In this document: in pieces, positions 25,167 through 33,926 of the stretch
Numbering within the stretch: position 1 is the first letter of the stretch
Layout of the letters: the number at the start of each line of letters is the position of its first letter
DNA from: a virus
Taxonomy: Duplodnaviria; Caudoviricetes
DNA: 37,976 nucleotides
IMG/VR virus record: IMGVR_UViG_3300037467_000854
Coordinates: 1 to 37,976 of that record
Reading direction: 5' to 3' (one strand)
Program-made: the position numbers and the translations under genes
The notes under the pieces: model-generated
Told to the model about the DNA's origin: nothing
Databases searched by the model: none
What the model saw: only the letters and a program-made list of their open reading frames with translations

Positions 25167-25553
25167 ATGAGCGACCAAGCAATCGAGCAGGAAATCCAGG
25201 CCAAGGGGCTGACCGCGCCGCGCATTACGCCAGCCGACATCGAGGCGAACATCGCCAGCGAGCATTACTTCACGGCGGCGGACGGTGTGCTTGGCGCATA
25301 CAAGTACAACAACGATGTTCGCGTCGAATCCTACAAGGGCGACTGGGAGGTGCCGCGCAGCATTCAAGCGACGAGCCTGCTCACCTTCTGCGTGCTGGTC
25401 CTGCGCAACGGCTTCACCGTCACCGGCGAAAGCGCCTGCGCCAGCCCGGAGAACTTTGACCCCGAAATCGGCAGAAAGATCGCGCGCCAGAACGCAGTCG
25501 CCAAGGTGTGGCCCCTGATGGGCTACGCGCTGAAGGAACGGCTCGCTTCCTGA
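25167..25553 (+). CDS. N4 Gp49/Sf6 Gp66-family protein (128 aa)
   Basis: APRITPADIE...LTFCVLVLRNGFTVTGESACASPENFDPEIGRKIARQNA..KVWPLMGY signature. Confidence 0.88.
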   Translation: MSDQAIEQEIQAKGLTAPRITPADIEANIASEHYFTAADGVLGAYKYNNDVRVESYKGDWEVPRSIQATSLLTFCVLVLRNGFTVTGESACASPENFDPEIGRKIARQNAVAKVWPLMGYALKERLAS

Positions 25554-25602
25554 TGTGCACCGCCTGCACTGCTGCCGAAACCGGCCTGAGTGGAGCCTGG
25601 AT

Positions 25603-25776
25603 ATGAAGTGGCTACTTGACCCGATGCTTTTCAACGTCCTGATCCTGGTCCTGTTCGCCGCGGCATCGGTTCGCTGGGCAATTGCTGGCGATTGGAAACA
25701 GGCTCTTTACTGGTTTGCAGCCTTCTGGCTGAACGTCGCAGTGAGTGCGATGGCACAACCGGGCGCGAAATGCTGA
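25603..25776 (+). CDS. Small two-TM membrane protein (57 aa)
   Basis: Two hydrophobic segments around a GDWKQ loop. Confidence 0.6.
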   Translation: MKWLLDPMLFNVLILVLFAAASVRWAIAGDWKQALYWFAAFWLNVAVSAMAQPGAKC

Positions 25777-26003
25777 CCGATGAAGAGGTTCACGCCCGCC
25801 TTCTGGAATTGGTGGGCAAGTACGGAACCCGTGTCGAGGCGGCGGAAGCGCTCGGCGTAACACGGCGCTTCCTGGCGGCAGTGCTGAGCGGGGAAAGGCA
25901 AATACCGAAATGGATGCAGGCAGAGATAGGGGTGCGCAAGGTCAGGGTGGTGATGTATGAGGACTGTCGGCCCTCTCTGCCTCGCGCGCGCACGCGTGTT
26001 TAA
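25770..26003 (+). CDS. Small HTH protein (77 aa)
   Basis: XRE-like HTH TRVEAAEALGVTRRFLAAVLSGER. Confidence 0.7.
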   Translation: MLTDEEVHARLLELVGKYGTRVEAAEALGVTRRFLAAVLSGERQIPKWMQAEIGVRKVRVVMYEDCRPSLPRARTRV

Positions 26004-26026
26004 AAGAAAACCAGGGAGGATTGAAC

Positions 26027-26293
26027 ATGCCATTTCCGCACCCGGCAACGCGCATTAACTGGTTTCGTGTGCTGGACGACATTATCCGGCAGGAGTCTGG
26101 ATCGCTGAAGCAGGCTGGCCGTGAGTTGGATGTTCCGCGCGCCACGCTGATGGCCTGGCGGGATGGAGTCGAGCCGCGCCACGCCGATGGTGAGAGGCTG
26201 ATTGCGTATTGGGTGCGCGTGACCAAGCGCGAGCGGTCTGATTTGCCGATTGAGCCACGGTATCCGAACGCGCATTCCAGGCGCCGTAGCTGA
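26027..26293 (+). CDS. HTH protein in the Q position; putative late-gene activator (88 aa)
   Basis: HTH SLKQAGRELDVPRATLMAWRDG; GGGAGG RBS; last early gene, with its stop codon abutting the late promoter motif. Confidence 0.7.
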   Translation: MPFPHPATRINWFRVLDDIIRQESGSLKQAGRELDVPRATLMAWRDGVEPRHADGERLIAYWVRVTKRERSDLPIEPRYPNAHSRRRS

Positions 26294-26330
26294 AACTGTC
26301 GAGAAACGGGCAGGGATGGGGCCGGATACT
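26293..26330 (+). promoter_or_regulatory. Putative late promoter, copy 2 (start of structural operon)
   Basis: AAACTGTCGAGAAACGGGCA with -10-like GATACT at 26325-26330. Confidence 0.75.
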
Positions 26331-26358
26331 CGCGGGCAAATCACCCCTTGGAGGCGAC

Positions 26359-26613
26359 ATGCCCCGTCCTTCCCGCGTCACCAAAGTTCAAGTTCCTGGC
26401 GAGACTGCCGATGCTGCACAAGCCGCGTCGTCCACGTCTGCCACGTCCCAGCCCGAAGCCGTCAAGGCCGAGCCGGAATCCAAACTGATCCGCCCCAGCC
26501 GCGCCCAATATGCGCAGATGAACGCTGCCGATGTGGATGTCTCCACGTTGAAGTCAGCGGTGCTGACCAAAGACGGCTGGGTGTGTCCGCCGACTCTCAC
26601 CCCCAAGGTGTAA
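26359..26613 (+). CDS. Hypothetical late protein (84 aa)
   Basis: GGAGG RBS; first gene of the structural operon; VLTKDGWVCP C-terminal motif. Confidence 0.7.
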   Translation: MPRPSRVTKVQVPGETADAAQAASSTSATSQPEAVKAEPESKLIRPSRAQYAQMNAADVDVSTLKSAVLTKDGWVCPPTLTPKV

Positions 26614-26615
26614 GC

Positions 26616-26849
26616 ATGTGCGGCGGCGGCTTATTCGGAGGCGGGCCGGACCTGCCTCCTGCATCGGACCCCAAGGCCGAGCGCGATGCTGCGCAAGCGG
26701 ACGCGACCACCAAGGCCAATCAATCCACGGCTGCAGCCAAGAAGCTGCGCCAGCAGCAATCCCTGCTTGCCAGCGGCGGCATCGCCCAGGGCGACCAGTT
26801 GCAGACCAGCTCTGTGCTGGCCCAGGGTAAAGCCAAACTCGGAGCCTGA
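26616..26849 (+). CDS. Small virion protein, T7 gp7.3-like position (77 aa)
   Basis: MCGGG start, Ala/Gln-rich, ends KLGA, immediately before the portal. Confidence 0.7.
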   Translation: MCGGGLFGGGPDLPPASDPKAERDAAQADATTKANQSTAAAKKLRQQQSLLASGGIAQGDQLQTSSVLAQGKAKLGA

Positions 26850-26852
26850 CCC

Positions 26853-28451
26853 ATGTCGGACCTCGGCGCGCAGATCATCAAACGCAAGGAATCGCTGCGC
26901 AGTCTTCGGACTGTGCATGAGGATACATGGATTGAGTGTCTCGATCACTCGTTTCCGATTCGCGCCAATGGCTTCTTTGGTGATGGCAGCAGCGATACCG
27001 GCGCGGCGAAAGCGAAGCGCGCGCGGTTGATGGACTCCACAGCCACGGACGCGGGCCGCACCCAAGCGTCTTCAATCCAGTCAGGCATGACGCCTGCGAA
27101 CTCGCGCTGGTTCACCCTTGCTGTTGGTCACGAAACCGACGAAGAGAAGCGCTGGTTGGACGAATCGGGGCAGCTGCTGTGGGAGAACATCCACGCTGGC
27201 AATTTCGATGCGGCCGCGTTCGAATGCTTCCTCGACATGATTGCGGTGGGCTGGTTCGCCTTATTCATTGACGTCGATCGCGAGCGAGGCGGACTGCGTT
27301 TTGAACAGTGGCCGATAAACACGGTATATTGCGCCTCCTCGAAGAAGGGCGGCCAGATTGATACGATCTATCGCGATTTCGAACTGACGGTTGAGCAGTG
27401 CGTCAACGATTACGGGATCGATGCTGTATCTGACAAGGTGCGCCAGCTCTACCAGGACGGCAAGCTGGACGAGAAGATCAAGCTTGTGCAAGCGATCTAT
27501 CCGCGCTCCACCTATGCAGTCGGCGCCCAGCGCGCCAAGAACCTGCCGTTTGCCTCCTGCCATGTGGAAGTCGAAAGCAAGAAGCTGGTGCGCGAGTCCG
27601 GCTTCCATGAATTGCCCGTGGTCGTTCCGCGCTGGGTGCTGATCCCCAACAGCGTCTATGCAGTCGGCCCCATGTTCGACGTGCTGCCGGACGTCAAGGA
27701 ATTGAACCGCCTGCTGCTGCTGGAGGATGCCGCGGCTGAGCTGGCGGTGGCCGGCATGTGGATTGCCGAAGATGATGGCGTGCTGAACCCCCGCACCGTT
27801 CGGGTGGGCGCGCGCAAGATCATCGTCGCCAATTCGGTGGACAGCATGAAGCCACTGCTGACCGGCTCGGACTTCAAGGTTTCCTTCACCAAGAAGGAAA
27901 TGCTGCAAGCGCAAATCCGCAAGATGCTGATGGCCGACCAGCTGCAGCCGCAGGATGGCCCGGCCATGACTGCGACCGAAGTCCATGTGCGCGTGCAACT
28001 GATCCGCCAACTGCTCGGCCCGGTGTATGGCCGACTGCAGGCTGAATACCTCAAGCCTCTGATCGAGCGCTGCTTTGGCCTGGCCTACCGTGCCGGCGTC
28101 TTCAACCCGCCGCCGGAAAGCCTGGCCGGGCGTGACTTCCATATCGTCTACGTCTCGCCGCTGGCCAAGGCGCAGAAACTGGAGGAAGTCTCAGCCATCC
28201 AGAACACGCTGATGCTGGCCGGCGAGATTGCCAAGGTGCTGCCAAACGTTCTGGACAACATCGACGGCGACGAGGCGCTGCGCCAGATCGCGGACGGCAA
28301 CGGTGCCCCGCAGACCATCCTGCGTAACGTGAAGGACCGGGACGCCTTGCGGCATCAGCGGGAGCAGGCCCAGCAGCAGCAAATCCAGCAGGCCCATCAA
28401 CAGGCGGTGACTGAGAAAGTCGCCCCGCAACTGGTGAAGAATGCCGCGTGA
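26853..28451 (+). CDS. Portal (head-to-tail connector), T7 gp8/BPP-1 type
   Basis: 532 aa; GMTPANSRWF, MTATEV..R..L...LGPVYGRL and YVSPLAKAQ motifs. Confidence 0.93.
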   Translation: MSDLGAQIIKRKESLRSLRTVHEDTWIECLDHSFPIRANGFFGDGSSDTGAAKAKRARLMDSTATDAGRTQASSIQSGMTPANSRWFTLAVGHETDEEKRWLDESGQLLWENIHAGNFDAAAFECFLDMIAVGWFALFIDVDRERGGLRFEQWPINTVYCASSKKGGQIDTIYRDFELTVEQCVNDYGIDAVSDKVRQLYQDGKLDEKIKLVQAIYPRSTYAVGAQRAKNLPFASCHVEVESKKLVRESGFHELPVVVPRWVLIPNSVYAVGPMFDVLPDVKELNRLLLLEDAAAELAVAGMWIAEDDGVLNPRTVRVGARKIIVANSVDSMKPLLTGSDFKVSFTKKEMLQAQIRKMLMADQLQPQDGPAMTATEVHVRVQLIRQLLGPVYGRLQAEYLKPLIERCFGLAYRAGVFNPPPESLAGRDFHIVYVSPLAKAQKLEEVSAIQNTLMLAGEIAKVLPNVLDNIDGDEALRQIADGNGAPQTILRNVKDRDALRHQREQAQQQQIQQAHQQAVTEKVAPQLVKNAA

Positions 28452-28684
28452 GCGAACCGACTGCCAAGCTCTACAAAGAGCTATTCGAAGACGACCGGCG
28501 CGGTGCGGCCATCCTGGAAGACCTGACCCGACGCTTTGCCCGGCCAGCGGTGACGACTGGCGGGATCGATGCCGTATTGCAGACCTATCACCGGGACGGC
28601 ATGCGGCGAGTGGTGGAGTTCATCGTCACGCAAATCAACCGCGCCAACGGCGTGGACACATCAGAACAGGAGAATGAGGAATGA
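28448..28684 (+). CDS. Bbp19-like small protein (78 aa)
   Basis: YKELF...G..ILEDL...T....G.R.VV..I pattern, between portal and scaffold. Confidence 0.72.
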   Translation: MSEPTAKLYKELFEDDRRGAAILEDLTRRFARPAVTTGGIDAVLQTYHRDGMRRVVEFIVTQINRANGVDTSEQENEE

Positions 28685-29514
28685 AGCTCAAGCGCTTTGT
28701 GCTGCTGGACGCGGCAACTGAAACCCCGCCCGGCGGCTCCACGCCGCCCGCGACTGAAACTCCACCGGCAGCTCCGCCGTCTTCGGTGCTGCAGACCGGC
28801 GCCACTGAGACGCCGCCCACAACTGAATTCATCCCCGAGAAGTACCGGGTAACCAAGGACGACGGCAGCCTTGACCTGGAAGCCTCCAGTCGCAAGCTGG
28901 CCGAAGCCTACGGCCATGCTGAGAAGCGCATCGGCTCTGGCGATGTGCCGCCCAAGACCGCCGAGGAATACCAGGTCACGGTGCCCGATGCCTTCAAGGA
29001 TGCATGGAAGCCGGACGAAGACGAATCGTTCAAGGACTTCCGCAGCAAGGCGCTTGAAGCCGGCATGACCCAGAAGCAGCTCGATTTGGTGATGGGCCAA
29101 TACTTCACCATGCTGCCGCAACTGGCCGGCGCGAAGTCGGAAGCCACGGCCGAAGCCGCCACGGCTGAGCTGAAGCAGACCTGGGCGACCGAAGCCGATT
29201 TCAAGCGCAATGTCGCCAATGCCTATACCGGCGCGCAAGCCCTGTCCCAGAAGTCCGGCATCCCCATGGACGAAATCATGGCGCCGGGTGGCCTGGGAAA
29301 CAACCCGCTGTTCCTGAAGCTGATGGCGGCCATTGGCCCCGAGTTCCGCGAAGACACGGCGCCTGGCGGTGGTGGACAGCTGAGCCAGGAGAACATCGAA
29401 GACCTGATGCGCTCGGAAGCCTATCTCGATCCGAAGCACAAGGATCATTCCAAGGTCAGCGAACAAATCCGCCAACACTTCATCCGCAAGCACGGCACCG
29501 AAGCCGCCGCCTGA
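28681..29514 (+). CDS. Capsid scaffolding/assembly protein
   Basis: Pro/Thr-rich N-terminus, IPEKY and P...EEY motifs, C-terminal AY.DPKH.DH; upstream of the capsid gene. Confidence 0.82.
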   Translation: MKLKRFVLLDAATETPPGGSTPPATETPPAAPPSSVLQTGATETPPTTEFIPEKYRVTKDDGSLDLEASSRKLAEAYGHAEKRIGSGDVPPKTAEEYQVTVPDAFKDAWKPDEDESFKDFRSKALEAGMTQKQLDLVMGQYFTMLPQLAGAKSEATAEAATAELKQTWATEADFKRNVANAYTGAQALSQKSGIPMDEIMAPGGLGNNPLFLKLMAAIGPEFREDTAPGGGGQLSQENIEDLMRSEAYLDPKHKDHSKVSEQIRQHFIRKHGTEAAA

Positions 29515-29520
29515 CCCATC

Positions 29521-29558
29521 AAACTGTCGAGAAACCGACAGCTACCTAGCGCCACCAT
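29521..29558 (+). promoter_or_regulatory. Putative late promoter, copy 3 (major capsid gene)
   Basis: AAAC-TGTCG-AGAAAC-CGACA perfect dyad with -10-like CACCAT at 29553-29558. Confidence 0.78.
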
Positions 29559-29709
29559 TGCGGGCATCTACTGGCCCGCAGTGGCGCGCGGACACCCAGC
29601 CAAGCCCTCTCCAAACGCGCGGTAGCCGGCGCGAGGGAGCGACAGCAGCGCAGGCCCGGTGAGCCGGACACCCTGAAAGGCGAAAACCAATCACCTTTTT
29701 GGAGGACAT

Positions 29710-30570
29710 ATGTCCAGCACGATCACCCAAGCCTTCGTCCAACAGTGGGACACCACCATCCGCTTGCTGGCGCAGCAAAAAGAATCCCGGCTCGAATCCA
29801 CCATCATGGATAAGGGCAACATCACGGGCGAGTCGTTCACCGCGAACCGCCTGGCGCCCATCGATGACACCCCCGAGAACACCACGCGCCACGGCGACAC
29901 GCAGTGGAGCGAGGCTGAACACTCCACCCGCGTGGCGCTGATGCGTGACTTCTACCAGGCTTTGCCGGTGGACCGCGCCGATGAGCCCAAGGTGCTGGCC
30001 AACCCGAACGGCGCCTACATGGAATCGCTCCTGGCGGCCTGGAATCGCCGCAAGGACGGCTTGATCTTCGCCGCCCTGATCGGCAATTCGCAAGCCAAGG
30101 ACGGCTCGCAAGTTGCGCTCGGCTCGGGCCAAACCATCGTCCACGGCAGCGCCGGCCTGACCAAAGCCAAGCTCATCACCGCGCGCAAGCTGTTCCGCGC
30201 CAACGAGTCGGACGAGCACAACGGCGACGAACTGTACATCGCCTACAACGACGCCATGCTGGAAGACATCCTGGCCGACACCACGTTGACCAGTGCCGAC
30301 TACATGGCGGTGAAGATGCTGCAGGAAGGCGACATTTCCGGCAAATGGATGGGCTTCAAGTGGGTGCCGTATCAAGGCATCAGCCTGTCCGGCGGCACCT
30401 ACACCACGGCGGCCTGGGCCAAGTCCGCAGCATGGCGCGGCACCGGCTTCTTCGAAGGCAAGTCGCAGCGCCGCGGCGACAAGAAAGACACGATGCAGCT
30501 CTCGGCGGCTGGCTCCTACGGCGTGACTCGCGTCGAAGAAGCCAAGGTTGTGGCCATCCAGTTCCAATAA
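29710..30570 (+). CDS. Major capsid protein
   Basis: ITQAFVQQW...QQKESRL N-terminus, GKWMGFKW and G.TRVEEAKVV C-terminus; GGAGG RBS; follows the scaffold gene. Confidence 0.9.
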   Translation: MSSTITQAFVQQWDTTIRLLAQQKESRLESTIMDKGNITGESFTANRLAPIDDTPENTTRHGDTQWSEAEHSTRVALMRDFYQALPVDRADEPKVLANPNGAYMESLLAAWNRRKDGLIFAALIGNSQAKDGSQVALGSGQTIVHGSAGLTKAKLITARKLFRANESDEHNGDELYIAYNDAMLEDILADTTLTSADYMAVKMLQEGDISGKWMGFKWVPYQGISLSGGTYTTAAWAKSAAWRGTGFFEGKSQRRGDKKDTMQLSAAGSYGVTRVEEAKVVAIQFQ

Positions 30571-30634
30571 CCCATCAGGCAGCCCCCGGCGAAGGCCGGG
30601 GCAACCCCTGAACTGATCGAAAAGGACATGAATC

Positions 30635-31090
30635 ATGGCTGAACAAGTCTCCCGCCAGGCTGCCAAGGTAGCCGCCCGCACCAAGATGTCTCCCAATGAA
30701 GCCTATGGCAAGAAGCGTGTGCTGGTGATTACCTCGCCCGCTTCCGTGACCTGGGCGCAGGGTGACACCATTGCCAGCCCGGTGCTGCTTCCGGTCGGCA
30801 CCCGCTTCACCTGCAACAGCAAGGTATCCAACGCTGCCATGGGTGCATCCGTGACTCTGGACGTGGGCATCCGCGACAAGAACGGCGTCGAAATCGATGC
30901 CGATGGCATTGCCGCCGCAGTGGCAGTGTCGTCGGCTGGTCGCAGCGCACTGGACACCGGTGTTCTGGTCAAGGACGGCGCCGAGTACATCACCACGGTG
31001 CCCTGCTACGTCTACGCCACCCTCAACGGGGCAACTCCTTCCGCCAATGCGCAGATTCGCATTGAAGTCGAGGTTGTGACGCCGGACTGA
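30635..31090 (+). CDS. Capsid decoration/cement protein (Bbp16-like position)
   Basis: Beta-rich 151-aa ORF between the capsid gene and a terminator. Confidence 0.65.
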   Translation: MAEQVSRQAAKVAARTKMSPNEAYGKKRVLVITSPASVTWAQGDTIASPVLLPVGTRFTCNSKVSNAAMGASVTLDVGIRDKNGVEIDADGIAAAVAVSSAGRSALDTGVLVKDGAEYITTVPCYVYATLNGATPSANAQIRIEVEVVTPD

Positions 31091-31130
31091 TTGCTGCTGG
31101 TCTCCTTGCCGCGCTCCCCTGCGTGGACTT

Positions 31131-31161
31131 GCCGGGGGCTTCGTGCCTCCGGCTTTTTTTT
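31131..31161 (+). terminator. Intrinsic terminator after the capsid/decoration genes
   Basis: GCCGGGGGC-TTCGT-GCCTCCGGC stem-loop followed by a T8 tract. Confidence 0.88.
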
Positions 31162-31175
31162 GAAGGTTCCCTGTC

Positions 31176-31742
31176 ATGGCGATCAGTAAGGTATCCATCT
31201 GCTCCAATGCGCTGCTGCTGCTGGGAGCTGCGCCGCTGTCGAGCCTGGAAGAAGATACCGACCATGCCCGGCTGTGCCTGAACCTGTATCCCACGGTGCG
31301 GGACGACATCCTGCGGCTGCATCCGTGGAACTGCGCGACCAAGCGCCTCATCCTGGCGCCGCTGGCGACACCACCCGAATTCGATTTCGGCTACCAATTC
31401 CAGTTGCCCGGCGACTGGCTGCGCACCATCCAGGTGGGCAACAAGCGCAACCCGCTGGAATACCGCATGGAAGGCCGCAAGATTCTGGCCGACACCAACA
31501 CGCTTCCATTCGTCTACGTCTTCCAGAACACCGAAGAAGCCACCTGGAGCAGCAACCTGGTGCATGTGGTGGAGCTTGGCATGGCGGCGAAGATGGCCTA
31601 TGCGGTCACGTCCTCGGCATCGATGCGCGACTCCATGCGCGATGAGTTTGCGCGCGAGCTGAAAGCCGCCAAGGGCATCGACGGGCAGGACGACCCGCCA
31701 GAAGAATTCGGCGCCGGCATGCTGGTCGAGTCTCGATTCTGA
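31176..31742 (+). CDS. Tail adaptor (tail tubular protein A, gp11-like)
   Basis: ICSNALLLLG, HPWNCA and YQFQLPGDWLR motifs; synteny. Confidence 0.85.
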   Translation: MAISKVSICSNALLLLGAAPLSSLEEDTDHARLCLNLYPTVRDDILRLHPWNCATKRLILAPLATPPEFDFGYQFQLPGDWLRTIQVGNKRNPLEYRMEGRKILADTNTLPFVYVFQNTEEATWSSNLVHVVELGMAAKMAYAVTSSASMRDSMRDEFARELKAAKGIDGQDDPPEEFGAGMLVESRF

Positions 31743-31751
31743 GGGCCGACG

Positions 31752-33926
31752 ATGCCGCGCGTAACCATCGTTCAAAGCAACTTCACGGCCGGCGAAGTCT
31801 CGCCCAAGTGCTACGGTCGCACGGATGTGGCCCGGTATCAGAACGGCGCCAAGACCCTGCGCAACTGCCTGGTGCAGATTCACGGCGGGGCGATGCGGCG
31901 CTGGGGAACCTTGTTCGTCGCATCGACCAAGGATTCCGCCAAGCGCTCGCGCTTGATCCCGTTCGTCTTCAGCGTGACGCAAGCCTTCATGCTTGAGTTT
32001 GGCGACGGCTATGTGCGGTTCTACGAGGCCGGCGGCGGGCAGATTCTTGCCGGCGGCGTGCCTTACGAAATCGCTTCGCCATATACCGAGGACATGCTGG
32101 CCGACCTGGACTTTACCCAGGGTGCCGACACCATGTTCATCTTCCATCCGAACGTGATGCCAAACACGCTGAAGCGCATTTCCGCTTCGGTGTGGTCGAT
32201 GCAAAACGCTCCCTTTACGACGCTGCCGGTCGATGAAATCGGGTTCCGGCCGGCATCTACCGCAACCCTGTCAGGCCCGACCGTTGGCACTGGGCGCACC
32301 ATCGCAACGACGCCTGCGGCTTGGCTGGCGGGCGATGTCGGGCGCCGGGTGGTGCATGAAGGCGGCACCGCGGTAATTACTGGATTCACCAACACGGGCC
32401 TGGTGACCGCAGACGTCACCAGCGCATTCTGGGCAACGGTGATGCTGCCGGGCAGTTGGCAACTGCTGGACTCCCCGCAGACCACGCTCACGCCATCGGC
32501 AAAAGACCCGGTAGGCACCAGCATCACCCTGACGGCCAGCGCCGATTCGTTCCGTGGCAATGAAGTGGGCTGGTTCATCAAGATCAATGGCGGCCTGGTC
32601 AAGATCACTGGCGTCACCAATGCCACGACGGTGACCGGCATCATCCGCGCCGAGTTGACTTCTATCGTGGCCTCGCCGCCTAACGCCTGGTCGTTGGAAG
32701 GTCCGGTCTGGAACGCAGCCGATGGCTACCCAAGCACGGGCGGACTGTATGAGCAGCGCTTGATGCTGGCCGGCTCGCCCGGCTTTCCGCAATCGGTGTG
32801 GGGCAGCAAGTCGGGCCTGTATTTCGATTTCACCATGGGCGACGTGGACGACGACGCCCTGGCCTACAAGATTCCCTCCACCGGCCAGATCAACAAGGTG
32901 GTGCGCATGGCCAGCACCGATACCTTGATCCCATTGACCTACGGTGCTGAATTCACCATTGAGGGCGGCATTGAAAAGCCGCTAACGCCTTCCAACGTGC
33001 GCGCCAAGCTGCGCTCTACCCGAGGCTGCAGCACGGTCAAGCCCATCCAGATCGGCGCGGAAACCGTGTTCGTGCAGCGCGCTGGGCGCAAGGTGCGCTC
33101 AATCTCCTACAACAGCGACACCGGTCAGTACGGCGTTCCGGATTTGACGGTGCTTGCGGAACACATCACCCAATCCGGGGTGGTGGACATGGCGTACCAG
33201 CAGGAGCCCGGTTCGTTGCTGTGGTGCGTGCTGGCCAACGGAAAGATTGCGGTCTGCACCAAGGACACTGATGAAAGCGTGATTGCCTGGTCCTCGCAGG
33301 ACACGGATGGATTCTATGAGTCGGTTGCCTGCATCCCGCGTGCGACGGGGGATGAGCTGTGGGTGATCGTACGCCGCACCATCAACGGCGAGACAAAGCG
33401 GTATGTGGAGCGCTTCGATGAGTCTTTGCTGACCGATTGCGCCATCGTCGGTACCAGCGACCCGGAAGCCGACACCTGGAGCGGGCTGGATCATCTCGAA
33501 GGAAAAACGGTGGTGGCTAAGGAAGGCAACACCGTGATTGGGCGCTATGTCGTGGCCGGTGGCGAAATCACCATGGCGCGCGCTGCGGCGTCGGTGGAAA
33601 TCGGGCTGGATTACACCACGGAAGTCACGCCCTTGCGCCCCGAGATTCAATCGGGAGATGGCAGCTCCACCGGCAACAACATGCGCACGCATGAGGTGGC
33701 GCTGCTGTTCAAGGACACCATCGGCTGCAAGGTGAACGGTTCGGTCGTTCCGTTCCGGCGCTTCGACCAGGACGCATTGGACAGCTCGGCCACCGAGTTT
33801 GCCGGCTTCGGCCGGATCGGCTTGACCGATTGGAAGCGGGGCGAATCGTCCATCACGATCACTCAGGAGGAACCCTTGCCTTTTCATCTGCTGGCCATCG
33901 CCCGCAAATTTACGTCCAACTCATGA
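31752..33926 (+). CDS. Tail nozzle (tail tubular protein B, gp12-like)
   Basis: QSNFTAGEVSP N-terminus, GYPS....YEQRL motif; beta-rich 724 aa. Confidence 0.88.
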   Translation: MPRVTIVQSNFTAGEVSPKCYGRTDVARYQNGAKTLRNCLVQIHGGAMRRWGTLFVASTKDSAKRSRLIPFVFSVTQAFMLEFGDGYVRFYEAGGGQILAGGVPYEIASPYTEDMLADLDFTQGADTMFIFHPNVMPNTLKRISASVWSMQNAPFTTLPVDEIGFRPASTATLSGPTVGTGRTIATTPAAWLAGDVGRRVVHEGGTAVITGFTNTGLVTADVTSAFWATVMLPGSWQLLDSPQTTLTPSAKDPVGTSITLTASADSFRGNEVGWFIKINGGLVKITGVTNATTVTGIIRAELTSIVASPPNAWSLEGPVWNAADGYPSTGGLYEQRLMLAGSPGFPQSVWGSKSGLYFDFTMGDVDDDALAYKIPSTGQINKVVRMASTDTLIPLTYGAEFTIEGGIEKPLTPSNVRAKLRSTRGCSTVKPIQIGAETVFVQRAGRKVRSISYNSDTGQYGVPDLTVLAEHITQSGVVDMAYQQEPGSLLWCVLANGKIAVCTKDTDESVIAWSSQDTDGFYESVACIPRATGDELWVIVRRTINGETKRYVERFDESLLTDCAIVGTSDPEADTWSGLDHLEGKTVVAKEGNTVIGRYVVAGGEITMARAAASVEIGLDYTTEVTPLRPEIQSGDGSSTGNNMRTHEVALLFKDTIGCKVNGSVVPFRRFDQDALDSSATEFAGFGRIGLTDWKRGESSITITQEEPLPFHLLAIARKFTSNS

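Noticed and set aside
29542-32204. Long antisense ORFs (e.g. 29542-30696, 31023-32204; also 2425-3351)
   Set aside because: Shadow frames of well-supported plus-strand genes in high-GC DNA, with no recognisable motifs.
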